This document shows, piece by piece, positions 28,220-37,823 of a stretch of DNA of 64,000 nt (the stretch's first letter is position 1; the number at the start of each line of letters is the position of its first letter). The translations under genes and the position numbers were made by a program. The notes beneath the pieces were generated by a model. It was not told the origin of the DNA. It saw only the letters and a list, made by a program, of their open reading frames with translations, and searched no databases. The DNA comes from Candidatus Bathyarchaeota archaeon (GTDB lineage Archaea; Thermoproteota; Bathyarchaeia; Bathyarchaeales; Bathycorpusculaceae), in contig CAVZIW010000008.1 in NCBI GenBank assembly GCA_963775465.1, forward strand, positions 82,746 through 146,745. Direction: 5' to 3'.

Positions 28220-29050
28220 ATGAACTGCCAAGTATGTCAACAACAAACCCTTCTTCCGTTTCGCTGTCCCTTCTGCGGTGGACAATACTGCAGTGCACAT
28301 CGTCTTCCGGAGAACCATAATTGTGTAGGAATCAGTTCAGCTCGGGCGCAACGTAAAGAACAAGTTATGACCTCTCAAAGCCATGGATCCTATAATTATA
28401 GCTACGTTTACGGTCAAGACCCATACAAACGCAGACATTCTATCAGGTTTAGCCAAAAAGAACTCAAACATATATCCATTGCAGCTGTGCTAGTAATTGG
28501 TATCGGTGTTTCTATAGCGTTGTATGGTTTTAATTGGAGCTGGGCTGTTATCGGTGTCTTTGCTGGTATAATGACTGTTTCATTTCTCGTTCATGAGTTA
28601 GCTCATAAAGTGGTTGCACAAAAGAAAGGTATGTGGGCGGAATTTCGTCTAACCACGTGGGGGGCTGTTTTAACTTTTGCTTCAGTGTTTTTGCCTTTCA
28701 AGATGATTGCACCTGGTGCAATGATGATAGGTGGATCAGTTCCAACCGGAAAAGATATCGTTCGGATTTCTCTAGCAGGACCAATAACCAATATAATTCT
28801 TTCATCTACGCTATTTGGGGTAGCGTTTGGATTAGCATTTACTTTGAATCAAATTATGTTTTCGGGGATGCTGATTTTCGCAGCCTATATCAATGCTTTC
28901 ATGGCAGTATTTAATTTGATTCCGTTCGGAATTCTAGATGGCTACAAAATTTATAGTTTTAACAAGAAACTTTGGGCAATAACATTTGTGCCAAGTGCAG
29001 TTCTGACCGTGACTTCTTATTTGATTATTACTGGAACAATACCCATTTAG
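28220..29050 (+). CDS. AN1-type zinc finger fused to an M50 (site-2) intramembrane metalloprotease
   Basis: CQVC..LPFRCPFCGGQYCSAHRLPENHNC; HELAH, AGP and FNLIPFGILDG motifs. Confidence 0.88.
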   Translation: MNCQVCQQQTLLPFRCPFCGGQYCSAHRLPENHNCVGISSARAQRKEQVMTSQSHGSYNYSYVYGQDPYKRRHSIRFSQKELKHISIAAVLVIGIGVSIALYGFNWSWAVIGVFAGIMTVSFLVHELAHKVVAQKKGMWAEFRLTTWGAVLTFASVFLPFKMIAPGAMMIGGSVPTGKDIVRISLAGPITNIILSSTLFGVAFGLAFTLNQIMFSGMLIFAAYINAFMAVFNLIPFGILDGYKIYSFNKKLWAITFVPSAVLTVTSYLIITGTIPI

Positions 29051-29388
29051 TTTTCATTGTTCCCGTTGGTTAAAGAATTTGACAAAATGTCTGTATTTAG
29101 TTCGAGTTGTTTCAGCCAACATTTTTGCTTCGTTTTGGCGTAATTTTTTTTCTTTGAGGATGGGTTATTGTTGAGTGTTCCCATCCAATCTTTTGGTGGC
29201 GGGGAGGTTTGCTTTTTTGGTTCTGAATGTTTTTCAGTTGTTGTTGGGATGGGCGGCGTGTTTTTTTGTTTGTAATCTATGTTGGGTTGGGTCGGATGGG
29301 ATGAGGACGGGGAAGCCTGTCGTATTTCTATGAAGGGTGAACTATATTTAGAAACATCGGTAAAACTAACCATTAAAGCTAAATACAC
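29047..29388 (-). CDS. Possible low-complexity hypothetical protein
   Basis: Pro/Thr/Lys-rich ORF in a strongly skewed segment; may be spurious. Confidence 0.3.
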   Translation of the reverse strand: MYLALMVSFTDVSKYSSPFIEIRQASPSSSHPTQPNIDYKQKNTPPIPTTTEKHSEPKKQTSPPPKDWMGTLNNNPSSKKKNYAKTKQKCWLKQLELNTDILSNSLTNGNNEN

Positions 29389-29427
29389 ACACTAGAAAAT
29401 GAAATTAAATAAGAAACTAAAAAACAC

Positions 29428-29736
29428 TTAGATGAGTTCGATTGTTACATGTACTTCTTCTGGTACACGGATACGCATTATTCGACGCATGACCCGTTCC
29501 TCAGAGTCGATGTCGATTAAACGTTTGTGTATGCGCATTTCCCATCGGTCCCATGAGGCTGTGCCTTCGCCTGAAGGACCTTTAAGGACGGGGACACGTA
29601 AGCGTTTGGTTGGTAAGGGTACAGGGCCGTTCATTTTCACGCCTGTCTTTTGGGCAATGCTTCTGAGTTCTCCACATACCTCTTCTAGTTTCTCATAATC
29701 GGTGCTTGTGAGGCGTATTCGTGCTTTTCTTACCAT
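29428..29736 (-). CDS. rpsJ: 30S ribosomal protein uS10
   Basis: [18 protein letters not shown] and [15 protein letters not shown] motifs. Confidence 0.98.
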   Translation of the reverse strand: MVRKARIRLTSTDYEKLEEVCGELRSIAQKTGVKMNGPVPLPTKRLRVPVLKGPSGEGTASWDRWEMRIHKRLIDIDSEERVMRRIMRIRVPEEVHVTIELI

Positions 29737-29977
29737 GCTTTGAAGTCAAATCCCGTTTATTGCAAACCATAGACACAATAGCCCAACATAAAAAGCTTTT
29801 GACCCGCAAAAATAAAGGCAATAGCAGAAACCAGCTGTCACATCAAAGAACATTGCTTAAGACTGTAACTCTTGACTTAGATTCAGAAAAAGCGAAGAAT
29901 TCATAAATAGCTGGTTCTTTTGGTTGGTCTCCTCTTACTTGTATAGAGAAAATTGATAGCGGTTTGTTAACGAGAAA

Positions 29978-30220
29978 TTATCTTGTTTTTGCTGAATTTC
30001 CGAGTCTTTTTTCGATATCTTCAAGCTGTTTGGCAGTAAACTGTTCTTCTCTGCAAGTTGGACAACGGAGAGCTTCTACGTCGTGTAGAATTATCCCGTC
30101 TACTTCGAAGTCAAACTTTATTTTTATGTATTCGACGCAGCAGGAAGGGCAAAGGAACGCGTTTGCTTTTGTGCCTTTATTGAGTGAATTTTTTTCCAAG
30201 CTGCTCTGCCCATGCCTCAA
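29978..30220 (-). CDS. Small YgiT/MqsA-type zinc-ribbon protein (start uncertain)
   Basis: CPSC...GIILHDVEALRCPTCREEQFT pattern. Confidence 0.55.
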   Translation of the reverse strand: MRHGQSSLEKNSLNKGTKANAFLCPSCCVEYIKIKFDFEVDGIILHDVEALRCPTCREEQFTAKQLEDIEKRLGNSAKTR

Positions 30221-30653
30221 CTTTAGTTAAATCCGTGTTGTCTATCATAGTTTTCCTAAAATATCTTATGCGTCCACCAAAGGCTTCTGTGCTAACTGTA
30301 TTGTTCAGGTTGCATTTGGTTAAGGTGTTTTCTACAAATTTCGTTTTAGCGCTTTGGTAACTTTCAGGAGTAGGCGTGCCTGCCCAAGAGGAACAAACAA
30401 AAAAAGCTACTTTCTTTTCGCCAAAATCATTTTTTAGAAATTTAACGGCTTTACCGTAAACTCTGCCTACCCTAACCCCTCCACCGACAATTACGTTGCT
30501 GTACTGTTTTAAATCAGGCATTTCTTGCTTTTTGAGGTTAACTATATCCACTTCTAAATTAAATTTGGAACGTAAAACTTCGGCAATTTTTCGTGCTGCT
30601 TCACCCGTGGCGCCACCCCTTGTTTCATAGGCGATGAGGGTTTTGTCAGGCAA
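30177..30653 (-). CDS. Flavodoxin-domain protein (HemG/Flavodoxin_5-like)
   Basis: LIAYETRGGATGEAA, VIVGGGV, VAFFVC and AFGGR motifs. Confidence 0.85.
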   Translation of the reverse strand: MPDKTLIAYETRGGATGEAARKIAEVLRSKFNLEVDIVNLKKQEMPDLKQYSNVIVGGGVRVGRVYGKAVKFLKNDFGEKKVAFFVCSSWAGTPTPESYQSAKTKFVENTLTKCNLNNTVSTEAFGGRIRYFRKTMIDNTDLTKVEAWAEQLGKKFTQ

Positions 30654-30654
30654 A

Positions 30655-31023
30655 TTAGTCTCTTTCCCGAGTTTCAGATTGGGTTATCCGGCTTCCGCAG
30701 TTGTTGCAGAAAATTGACCCAGAAAAATTTTTGGTTCCGCATTTAGGGCAGGTTATTGTGCTTTGTGATGAAGCGTTTGGGGCAGTTTTTTCCTGTAGGC
30801 CCTCTTTCACCTTCTTAAAGGCAGCATGTGTTTCTTTTGCAGCTATGGTGAATGCTTTTTCAAGTTCAAGTCCCGCTTGGTAAAATGCATCCCTTATCTC
30901 ATCTGCTGGATAATTTGCTTTGGCAGCTTTGCCTTTGAGAGTTTTTGTGCCACATTTTGGGCAAAAGAAGGCATCTTCATCGATTTTTGAGCCGCAGCTA
31001 GAGCAGTAAACCAATATTTTCAC
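30655..31023 (-). CDS. Double zinc-ribbon protein
   Basis: CSSCG..FCPKCG and CPKCG..FCNNCG at the two ends. Confidence 0.85.
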   Translation of the reverse strand: MKILVYCSSCGSKIDEDAFFCPKCGTKTLKGKAAKANYPADEIRDAFYQAGLELEKAFTIAAKETHAAFKKVKEGLQEKTAPNASSQSTITCPKCGTKNFSGSIFCNNCGSRITQSETRERD

Positions 31024-31313
31024 CAGTAATTATGCTGATTGGTTGCGGCTTTTAAGTCTTTAGGGGTATTCAAAATTAGTTGTATTATTTGTTTTGCATT
31101 TTTTTGTCTGCTAAAACAACAACACCTAAAAATTCTTGTTGTTCTTCCAACCCTCGATGGGCAGAGGGGCAGTGAGCTATTGTTTTGTTGACGAAAAAAT
31201 ACAGCTTCATAGGTTTCCATGAAGATTAAAAGGCGCTAATTAGATTTAAAATTATGCACACTTCTAAGTCTTTATTAAAATTGGAATCGAAAAAAGAAAA
31301 AGTGAGGGCGTTT

Positions 31314-32675
31314 TCATTCGACGAGTTTTTTCCTTGCGTCTTCAATGAGTTTAACTGTCTGTAAGCGCCAAGGCTCAAACTCGTTAGGTGAGGTTGGGTA
31401 TGTGTTGTAGTGTGCGCTTAAGCCCCTCATCATAGTAACAGTTAAACGTAGTCTGTTGAGGAAACCTACTCGTCTTAAGCCTCTGAAGACTCGTTTAGCG
31501 GTTTCGGTGATGTTTAGGTGGAAGTCGTCGCCCATGCCTGCTTTAAGGACGTCATCTTCGGTCATGAGTTTTTCATTCATGCCATAATTTAGGTCTTCGT
31601 CACTGCAGGATAGCAGGAACATTTTGAAAATGTCAAGGGTACCTTGCTTCTTGCCATATGTGTCGATGTATCTCTTGTTGTATCCCCAAAGTGCCTCTTT
31701 TGTCGGTTCACCTTTGCTGAGGGCTTCAACTATTTGTTGCCCAGCGAAGTAGCCGCTAAGCATTGATGGTCCGATACCGCCGCCGTGAATCGGATTTACT
31801 AGTGAAGCCGCATCGCCAACTAACATGATGCCGTTTGAAACCATGTTGTCGAGTGGTCTGCGGACAGGGTCAAACCATGAGCCTGCAGTCAAGATTAATG
31901 AGTCATCAAAGATTGGTTTTTTGAAGGCTGTATTGTATAACTGCTCTTTAGGGTTAGGGTAGTTGCCTCGCATGCATATGCCTAATCCAACGTTTACGCG
32001 TGCGCCGCCTTTGGGGAAAATCCAAATGTAGCCGCCAGGGGATGCTTTTTGGTTAAGGAAGATTTCGCAGTATCTGGTGTTTTCAGTTTCTTGTTTGAGC
32101 TGGCGAATTTCTCTGTAGCATGCTTCAACGTCTTGATTAGCAATTTCGCGGTCTATGCCCATTTCCCCGGGGAGTTGTTTACGGACCATGCCGAAGTATC
32201 CAGTTGCATCAACAACAACTTTGCTGCGCATCTCTGTAACTTTGCTAGATTTCATGTTTTTGGCTGATATTCCTACGACTGTGTTTTTTTCAATGATAGG
32301 TGAGCGAAAGTTCATGTTGTCCTGAAGAATTGCGCCTTTGTCGGTGGCTTTCTTGAGAATCCACTGTCCGAATAAGCGTCTGTTGAGAAGATAGCCGATA
32401 AAGTCTTTGTCGGCAATTGTGAAGATGGTGTTTTCGTCTGGGGAGTAGATTTTTATGCCGTCTATTTTTGCTTCAAGTTCGCCGCCTGTGGGTTTTTCTA
32501 AACCTAAAAATTTTAGGTGATGCTCGCCTAGGGCGTCTCCGCAGACTTTTTCTCCGATCTCTTCGGTTGGTTTCTTTTCTATTAAGCAGACTTTTAGGCC
32601 TTTTTCAGCGATGGTTTTTGCTGCAAGGCAGCCTGCTGTTCCTGCGCCAACAACTATGGCATCATATTTTTCCAT
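31314..32675 (-). CDS. Geranylgeranyl reductase family (digeranylgeranylglycerophospholipid reductase-like)
   Basis: VVGAGTAG, KVCGDA, PGGYIWIFPK and LVGDAASLVNPIHGGGI motifs. Confidence 0.9.
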   Translation of the reverse strand: MEKYDAIVVGAGTAGCLAAKTIAEKGLKVCLIEKKPTEEIGEKVCGDALGEHHLKFLGLEKPTGGELEAKIDGIKIYSPDENTIFTIADKDFIGYLLNRRLFGQWILKKATDKGAILQDNMNFRSPIIEKNTVVGISAKNMKSSKVTEMRSKVVVDATGYFGMVRKQLPGEMGIDREIANQDVEACYREIRQLKQETENTRYCEIFLNQKASPGGYIWIFPKGGARVNVGLGICMRGNYPNPKEQLYNTAFKKPIFDDSLILTAGSWFDPVRRPLDNMVSNGIMLVGDAASLVNPIHGGGIGPSMLSGYFAGQQIVEALSKGEPTKEALWGYNKRYIDTYGKKQGTLDIFKMFLLSCSDEDLNYGMNEKLMTEDDVLKAGMGDDFHLNITETAKRVFRGLRRVGFLNRLRLTVTMMRGLSAHYNTYPTSPNEFEPWRLQTVKLIEDARKKLVE

Positions 32676-32747
32676 GAACGTGTTCTCCTAGTTTGTTACT
32701 TTACTTTGTATACCTTGTTGTATATGTAAAGCTTAATAAATTATGAA

Positions 32748-33206
32748 GTGAGCAAAAGCACACTGAGTGTATATCACATGGGTGTCCCGCTGACTTTGAG
32801 CGCTGAATTTCGCAAGATTGTTGAAGCTCGAATGGATCAGGTGCTTCATGGTGTTGAAGAAGTTTTCAATGAAATTATCGAAAAACAAAAAATTACCCCC
32901 GCCGAGCTCAAAGTCGAATTGGAGAGCCTTCAAGAGAGTTTTAACCTTTTATTCCAGAAATGGAGTCTTGAAATTCTCTACACTCTACTTTTAAAAGATA
33001 CTTTAGGTTTTGGCGGCGTAAAAAAAATCTTGGGTGTAAACTCCCGAACGCTTTCAGATAAGCTAAAAATGTTACAAACCCGCGGCTACATTACTCGAAA
33101 TGTTATCAAAGGTCCTCCCCTGCGAGTTGATTACTCATTAACCTCTAAGGGAAAAAACACTGTGTTGTTGGCTTTGCCATTGTTATATTATTCCAGTTCA
33201 ACATAA
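32748..33206 (+). CDS. HxlR-family winged-helix transcription regulator
   Basis: KWSLEIL..SRTLSDKLK..PPLRVDYSLTSKG. Confidence 0.88.
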   Translation: MSKSTLSVYHMGVPLTLSAEFRKIVEARMDQVLHGVEEVFNEIIEKQKITPAELKVELESLQESFNLLFQKWSLEILYTLLLKDTLGFGGVKKILGVNSRTLSDKLKMLQTRGYITRNVIKGPPLRVDYSLTSKGKNTVLLALPLLYYSSST

Positions 33207-33208
33207 AC

Positions 33209-33712
33209 TTAGGTAGTTGGGTTTTTTCTAATTATTTTAGGCATGCTAGTTGTTTCCTTAACTGTTTCAAAAACCATGCAAGTTAGCGTTTTGTCTAAGC
33301 CATTAATTAACCGTAATTTATCCACTACAAACTTTCCAATAGCTTCCACATTCTCAGCGCGCAACTTTACAAGCAAATCCCAGTCTCCGGTAATGATGTG
33401 AACTTCTTGAACTTCCGGAAAGTGTGCGATTTCTTCTGCGACATCTCTTTGCGATATCGGGTGGTCGTTGTTTTTGGTCCCATAGGAGACTGAGGCTAAG
33501 ATGAAGGCAGCAGTGCCTAAGTCGAGTTTTTCTGGGTTGAGGATGGCACGGTATTGTTTTATTATGCCCATTTCTTCCATACGTTTGGTTTTTGCAAATA
33601 CGGTGGTTAGTGGGGTGTTGATTTTTTTGGCGATTTGGTTGGCTGTGAGTTTGCTGTTTTCTTGGATGAGGGTGAGGATGGCTATGTCTTTTTCGTCTAG
33701 TTTTACGTTCAT
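33209..33712 (-). CDS. Lrp/AsnC family transcription regulator
   Basis: LDEKDIAIL HTH, GIIKQY, VHIITGDWDLLVKL RAM domain. Confidence 0.93.
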   Translation of the reverse strand: MNVKLDEKDIAILTLIQENSKLTANQIAKKINTPLTTVFAKTKRMEEMGIIKQYRAILNPEKLDLGTAAFILASVSYGTKNNDHPISQRDVAEEIAHFPEVQEVHIITGDWDLLVKLRAENVEAIGKFVVDKLRLINGLDKTLTCMVFETVKETTSMPKIIRKNPTT

Positions 33713-33713
33713 A

Positions 33714-33767
33714 TGTAAAAATTACAGGATTCAGCTATAAAAACATGTAGTATTTGTAAATTATCCA
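33714..33767. promoter_or_regulatory. FFRP/Lrp-type 5-3-5 operator sites in the lrp/asnA divergent promoter
   Basis: Perfect TGTAA-AAA-TTACA (33714-33726) and degenerate TGTAA-ATT-ATCCA (33755-33767). Confidence 0.6.
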
Positions 33768-33829
33768 GGTTTTATTATAAAAAATTTATTACCTGCAAAG
33801 TACATTGTACCCAACATACAAACTATCCA

Positions 33830-34804
33830 GTGGTTAAATTGACAAAACAAGAATTAATAGAAATTCCAAAAGCGTTAGAGCAACTAACGGAAACTGAAAT
33901 TCAAAGAAAAGCCTGCATAGGCAAAATAATGACTTACACCCTCAAAAGCCTCACAAACACCTTCGTTAACAAAGGCTTCCAATGGCTCCTTCCCGTTGCA
34001 TTGAGCCAAAGTACCGATCCCCTCTGGCCAGACCCCGGGGCATCAATCGAAAAACGCATCGAGGTCGACATTTACGGCAAACCTGTTCGCACAACTGCAA
34101 GCATGATTATCCATAAACTTGTCGCCTCCTCAACTGCATATCCTAAACTCTTCATCCTCTCACCTAACATCAGAATTGAAAAGGCAGAACGTGCCAAAAC
34201 AGGAAAACACATCTACGAATTTACACAATTAGACTTCGAAGTTCGAAACGCCAGCAGTAAAGAAATCTTCGAGATGGTTGAAGAAGCAATCGTTACTTTA
34301 GTTAAGGATTTAAAGAAAGATATGAAAAGTGAATTAACCACTCTCTGTCGTTGCGATACCCTCAAAGTTCCCAAAACACCATTTAAAATTTATAACCGCA
34401 TAGATTTAGAAGCCAAATATGGCACAGATTGGGAAGCAGGGATAGCCAAAGAAACAACCGAGCCCGTTTGGGTGATTAACATCCCGCGAGAATTTTACGA
34501 CTTTGAAGACTTCAAAACAGGTAATTGGGACAACTATGACTTGTTCTTGCCCCAATTCGGTGAAGTCCTATCAGGCGCTAAACGTGAATATGAATACGAA
34601 AAAATCCTGACAAAGATTGAACGAGACCAGGTCAAAAAAGAAAACTATGCACTTGTGCTTAAAATGGCAAAAGAAGGTAAACTAAAGCCGACAGCCGGCG
34701 GAGGCATAGGAATGGAACGTTTAGTTGGCTGGCTTGCAGGAGTCAAGCACATCGCAGAATGTCAACCATTTCCACGTGTACCCGGAACCGTTAACGAACT
34801 TTAA
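33830..34804 (+). CDS. asnA: Archaeal ammonia-dependent asparagine synthetase (AS-AR, AsnRS-related)
   Basis: STDPLWPD, SMIIHK, SPNIRIE, HIYEFTQLDFE, GEVLSG and GGGIGMERL motifs; no anticodon-binding domain. Confidence 0.92.
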   Translation: MVKLTKQELIEIPKALEQLTETEIQRKACIGKIMTYTLKSLTNTFVNKGFQWLLPVALSQSTDPLWPDPGASIEKRIEVDIYGKPVRTTASMIIHKLVASSTAYPKLFILSPNIRIEKAERAKTGKHIYEFTQLDFEVRNASSKEIFEMVEEAIVTLVKDLKKDMKSELTTLCRCDTLKVPKTPFKIYNRIDLEAKYGTDWEAGIAKETTEPVWVINIPREFYDFEDFKTGNWDNYDLFLPQFGEVLSGAKREYEYEKILTKIERDQVKKENYALVLKMAKEGKLKPTAGGGIGMERLVGWLAGVKHIAECQPFPRVPGTVNEL

Positions 34805-34817
34805 ACGCGTGATAACA

Positions 34818-36713
34818 ATGAATCCTTATCTTGAAGCATTACACCCCAAACTGTCTGCAGCTGACTTTAAAAAACTCAGCGCGATTGACAATCCAAATGT
34901 CCATGAATTCATCGCAAAAGAAAGCGACCTATGTCACCCCGAAAAAATCTTCATTTGTAGCGATAGCGCAGAAGATCTAGCCCGTGTTCGTAAACAAGCT
35001 ATAGCTACAGGCGAAGAACAAGCCATCTTAACCATAACAGGACATACTGTTCACTTCGACGGTGAACACGATCAAGGGCGTGACCGTCAAGCAACCAAAT
35101 ATCTTGTTCCCAAAGGAATTACTTTAAGCAAAGCTCTAAACCAGATGGATCGACAAGAAGGGTTGGCTGAAGTACGTGGTTTGCTCAGGGACACAATGAT
35201 GGGCAAAACAATGATTGTGCGTTTTATTGCTCTTGGGCCTCCAAACTCTATGTTTACAATTTTAGGTTTGCAAGCAACTGACTCCTGGTATGTTGCCCAC
35301 TCTGAATCTTTACTCTACCGACCTGGCTACGAACAATTCATTAAAGCAGGTCCAAAAAGCGATTTTCTACGTGTTATTCATTCTGCGGGACGATTAAACG
35401 GCGACATGGTCAGCGAAGATTACACTAAAAAACGAATTTACATTGATCAAATGGACAACACTATCTACAGCGTCAATACCCAATACGCGGGTAACTCAGT
35501 AGGATTTAAAAAACTGGCTTTTCGCTTAGCCATAAGGAAAGCAAGCAGTGAAGGCTGGTTAGCAGAACATATGCTCCTTATGGGTGTTTTTGGTCCTGGC
35601 GGACGTAAGACCTACTTTGCTGGTGCCTTCCCAAGTGCATGTGGAAAAACTTCAACTGCTATGTTGCCTGGAGAAACTATCCTGGGTGATGATATTGCAT
35701 ACATCCGAGATGTCGATTCAGCTGCTCGTGCAGTAAACGTTGAATCGGGCATATTTGGAATCATTCAAGATGTTAATCCTAAAGATGATGCTTTAATCTG
35801 GAGAGTTTTGACTCATCCAGGTGAAATAATCTTCTCAAACATTTTGGTGAAGGATGGCAAACCTTATTGGCTTGGTATGGGACAGGAACTGCCCAAAGAT
35901 GGCTGTAACTTCAGTGGAACATGGTTTGAGGGCAAGAAAGATGAAGTTGGCAATGAAGTTCAGGCAGCACATAAAAACGCTCGTTATGCAGTAGCTCTTA
36001 AAGCACTGGAGAATTGTGATCCCGAACTTAATAACCCGAATGGGGTGGAACTTGGAGGCATTATGTATGGCGGACGAGACGCGAAAGCTTACGTGCCTGT
36101 TCAGCAAAGTTTCAGTTGGGAACATGGCATAATTGCTTATGGTGCGTCTTTGGAAACAGAAACAACGTTCGCAACAATCGGCAAAGAAGGTGTACCTGAG
36201 ATTAACATGATGAGTATTCAAGACTTCATAAGCATCCCTCTGGGCAAAAACGTTCAAAACAATCTTGACTTTGGAAGCAAACTAAAAAAGCAACCTATAG
36301 TGTTCGGCGTTAACTATTTTCTCAAAGAAGTTGAAAACGGCAAATACCTAAACAGTCCCCAAGACAAGCATGTTTGGATAAAATGGATGGAGCTTCGAGT
36401 CCACGGCGAAGTTGAGGCGGTTAAAACACCTACAGGGTATATTCCAAAATATGAAGATCTGCGTAAAATCTTCAAGCAAGTGCTTAACAAAAACTATACC
36501 AGTGAAGAATACATCAAACAATTTACTATAAGGATTCCAGAAAACATAGCTAAGATTGACCGAGTATCAAGGTTTTATCAAGAAAATGTATCCGACACTC
36601 CGCTGGAGCTCTTTGGTATGCTCTATATGCAGCGCCAACGCTTACTGGAAGCCCAAGCAAAATATGGCGATTATATTTCCCCTGAAAATTTTGAAAAAGA
36701 AGCAGGACCCTAA
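34818..36713 (+). CDS. pckG: Phosphoenolpyruvate carboxykinase (GTP)
   Basis: YAGNSVGFKK, WLAEHM, FPSACGKTS, GDDIAY and VNVESGIFG motifs. Confidence 0.95.
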   Translation: MNPYLEALHPKLSAADFKKLSAIDNPNVHEFIAKESDLCHPEKIFICSDSAEDLARVRKQAIATGEEQAILTITGHTVHFDGEHDQGRDRQATKYLVPKGITLSKALNQMDRQEGLAEVRGLLRDTMMGKTMIVRFIALGPPNSMFTILGLQATDSWYVAHSESLLYRPGYEQFIKAGPKSDFLRVIHSAGRLNGDMVSEDYTKKRIYIDQMDNTIYSVNTQYAGNSVGFKKLAFRLAIRKASSEGWLAEHMLLMGVFGPGGRKTYFAGAFPSACGKTSTAMLPGETILGDDIAYIRDVDSAARAVNVESGIFGIIQDVNPKDDALIWRVLTHPGEIIFSNILVKDGKPYWLGMGQELPKDGCNFSGTWFEGKKDEVGNEVQAAHKNARYAVALKALENCDPELNNPNGVELGGIMYGGRDAKAYVPVQQSFSWEHGIIAYGASLETETTFATIGKEGVPEINMMSIQDFISIPLGKNVQNNLDFGSKLKKQPIVFGVNYFLKEVENGKYLNSPQDKHVWIKWMELRVHGEVEAVKTPTGYIPKYEDLRKIFKQVLNKNYTSEEYIKQFTIRIPENIAKIDRVSRFYQENVSDTPLELFGMLYMQRQRLLEAQAKYGDYISPENFEKEAGP

Positions 36714-36735
36714 ACGGGGAAACTGAAAACAATAC

Positions 36736-36752
36736 TTTCTTTTTTCCTTTTT
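36736..36752 (+). terminator. Oligo-T terminator after pckG
   Basis: TTTCTTTTTTCCTTTTT tract about 25 nt after the stop. Confidence 0.5.
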
Positions 36753-36851
36753 TAGGTGAAATTCTTAAATGTAACCTGCATACAGATTGCTAATTCACAA
36801 TTGTTAAGTAACAACTCAGCCAAATTGGAAATCAAAATGTAGTGAAGAAAA

Positions 36852-37091
36852 ATGATGATGAAAACTATGAAGAAACTGGACAAGAAATGTCCGGAATACT
36901 CCTTGAACCTTGATACCATTGCTGATGACGGTTCGTTCAAATGCCCCAAATGTGGCATGCCAATTTCACCTGACGACGAATCAGAAGAAAACTACAAAAT
37001 CTTGGACACAAAAGTACTTAATAACGAGCTCTCCGAACTTGTTATTTCATGCAATAAATGCTGCAGCATCATCAAACTAAACATGCTCTAA
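36852..37091 (+). CDS. Small zinc-ribbon protein
   Basis: DGSFKCPKCG..ISPDDE..CNKC. Confidence 0.75.
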   Translation: MMMKTMKKLDKKCPEYSLNLDTIADDGSFKCPKCGMPISPDDESEENYKILDTKVLNNELSELVISCNKCCSIIKLNML

Positions 37092-37196
37092 TAAGGCTCA
37101 GCAACAGTTGACTCTTGGCGTCTTACTTTAACTTCAGTTTTTTTAAGCCTGATGAATAGGACAAACCTTTATTCTTCTAATAACACATTTTTCTTG

Positions 37197-37823
37197 ATGA
37201 TGCAAATGTTGGTTGAAACCTTCACTGTTGGAATGTTATCTACCAATTGTTATGTTGCGAGTTGCCCCCAAACCAAAGATGCGATTATAATTGACCCCGG
37301 TTTGGAGTTGCCCGTTGAAGCTCAACCAATTGTTGATTACATATCTGAAGCTGAGCTAAACATGAAATTCATTGTTAATACCCATGGTCATTCTGACCAC
37401 GTTAAGGGCAACGTCTATTTCCAGCAGAAATACAAGGTTCCACTTTGTATTCATCCTCTTGACGCTCACTTTATAGCGGAATTTACGACAAACAACTACC
37501 TCCCAAACAAAATGCTTGAAGAAGGCAACATCCTAAGCTATGGTCAAGAATTGCTCAAAGTTTTGCATACACCGGGACATACTCCAGGTAGCATTTGTCT
37601 TGTAGGAGAAAAACTCATTTTCTCAGGTGACACCTTGTTTGCAGGCAGCATAGGACGAACCGATTTTCCCGGCGGCTCAAATAGTGACATGCAACTTTCT
37701 CTACAAAAAATAGTTACGTTACCCGACTGTTTGCTGGTTTATCCGGGGCATGGTGAGACCACAATGATTGGGGAAGAAAAAAGAATCAACCCTTTCATTA
37801 GAAACAAAGGTATTCTGTTTTAG
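37197..37823 (+). CDS. MBL-fold metallo-hydrolase (glyoxalase II-like)
   Basis: THGHSDH, TPGHTPG, SGDTLF and PGHG motifs. Confidence 0.93.
   Translation: MMQMLVETFTVGMLSTNCYVASCPQTKDAIIIDPGLELPVEAQPIVDYISEAELNMKFIVNTHGHSDHVKGNVYFQQKYKVPLCIHPLDAHFIAEFTTNNYLPNKMLEEGNILSYGQELLKVLHTPGHTPGSICLVGEKLIFSGDTLFAGSIGRTDFPGGSNSDMQLSLQKIVTLPDCLLVYPGHGETTMIGEEKRINPFIRNKGILF

Noticed and set aside
31020-31220. 66-aa Cys-containing ORF between the zinc-ribbon gene and GGR
   Set aside because: No recognisable motif or RBS; likely spurious or a remnant
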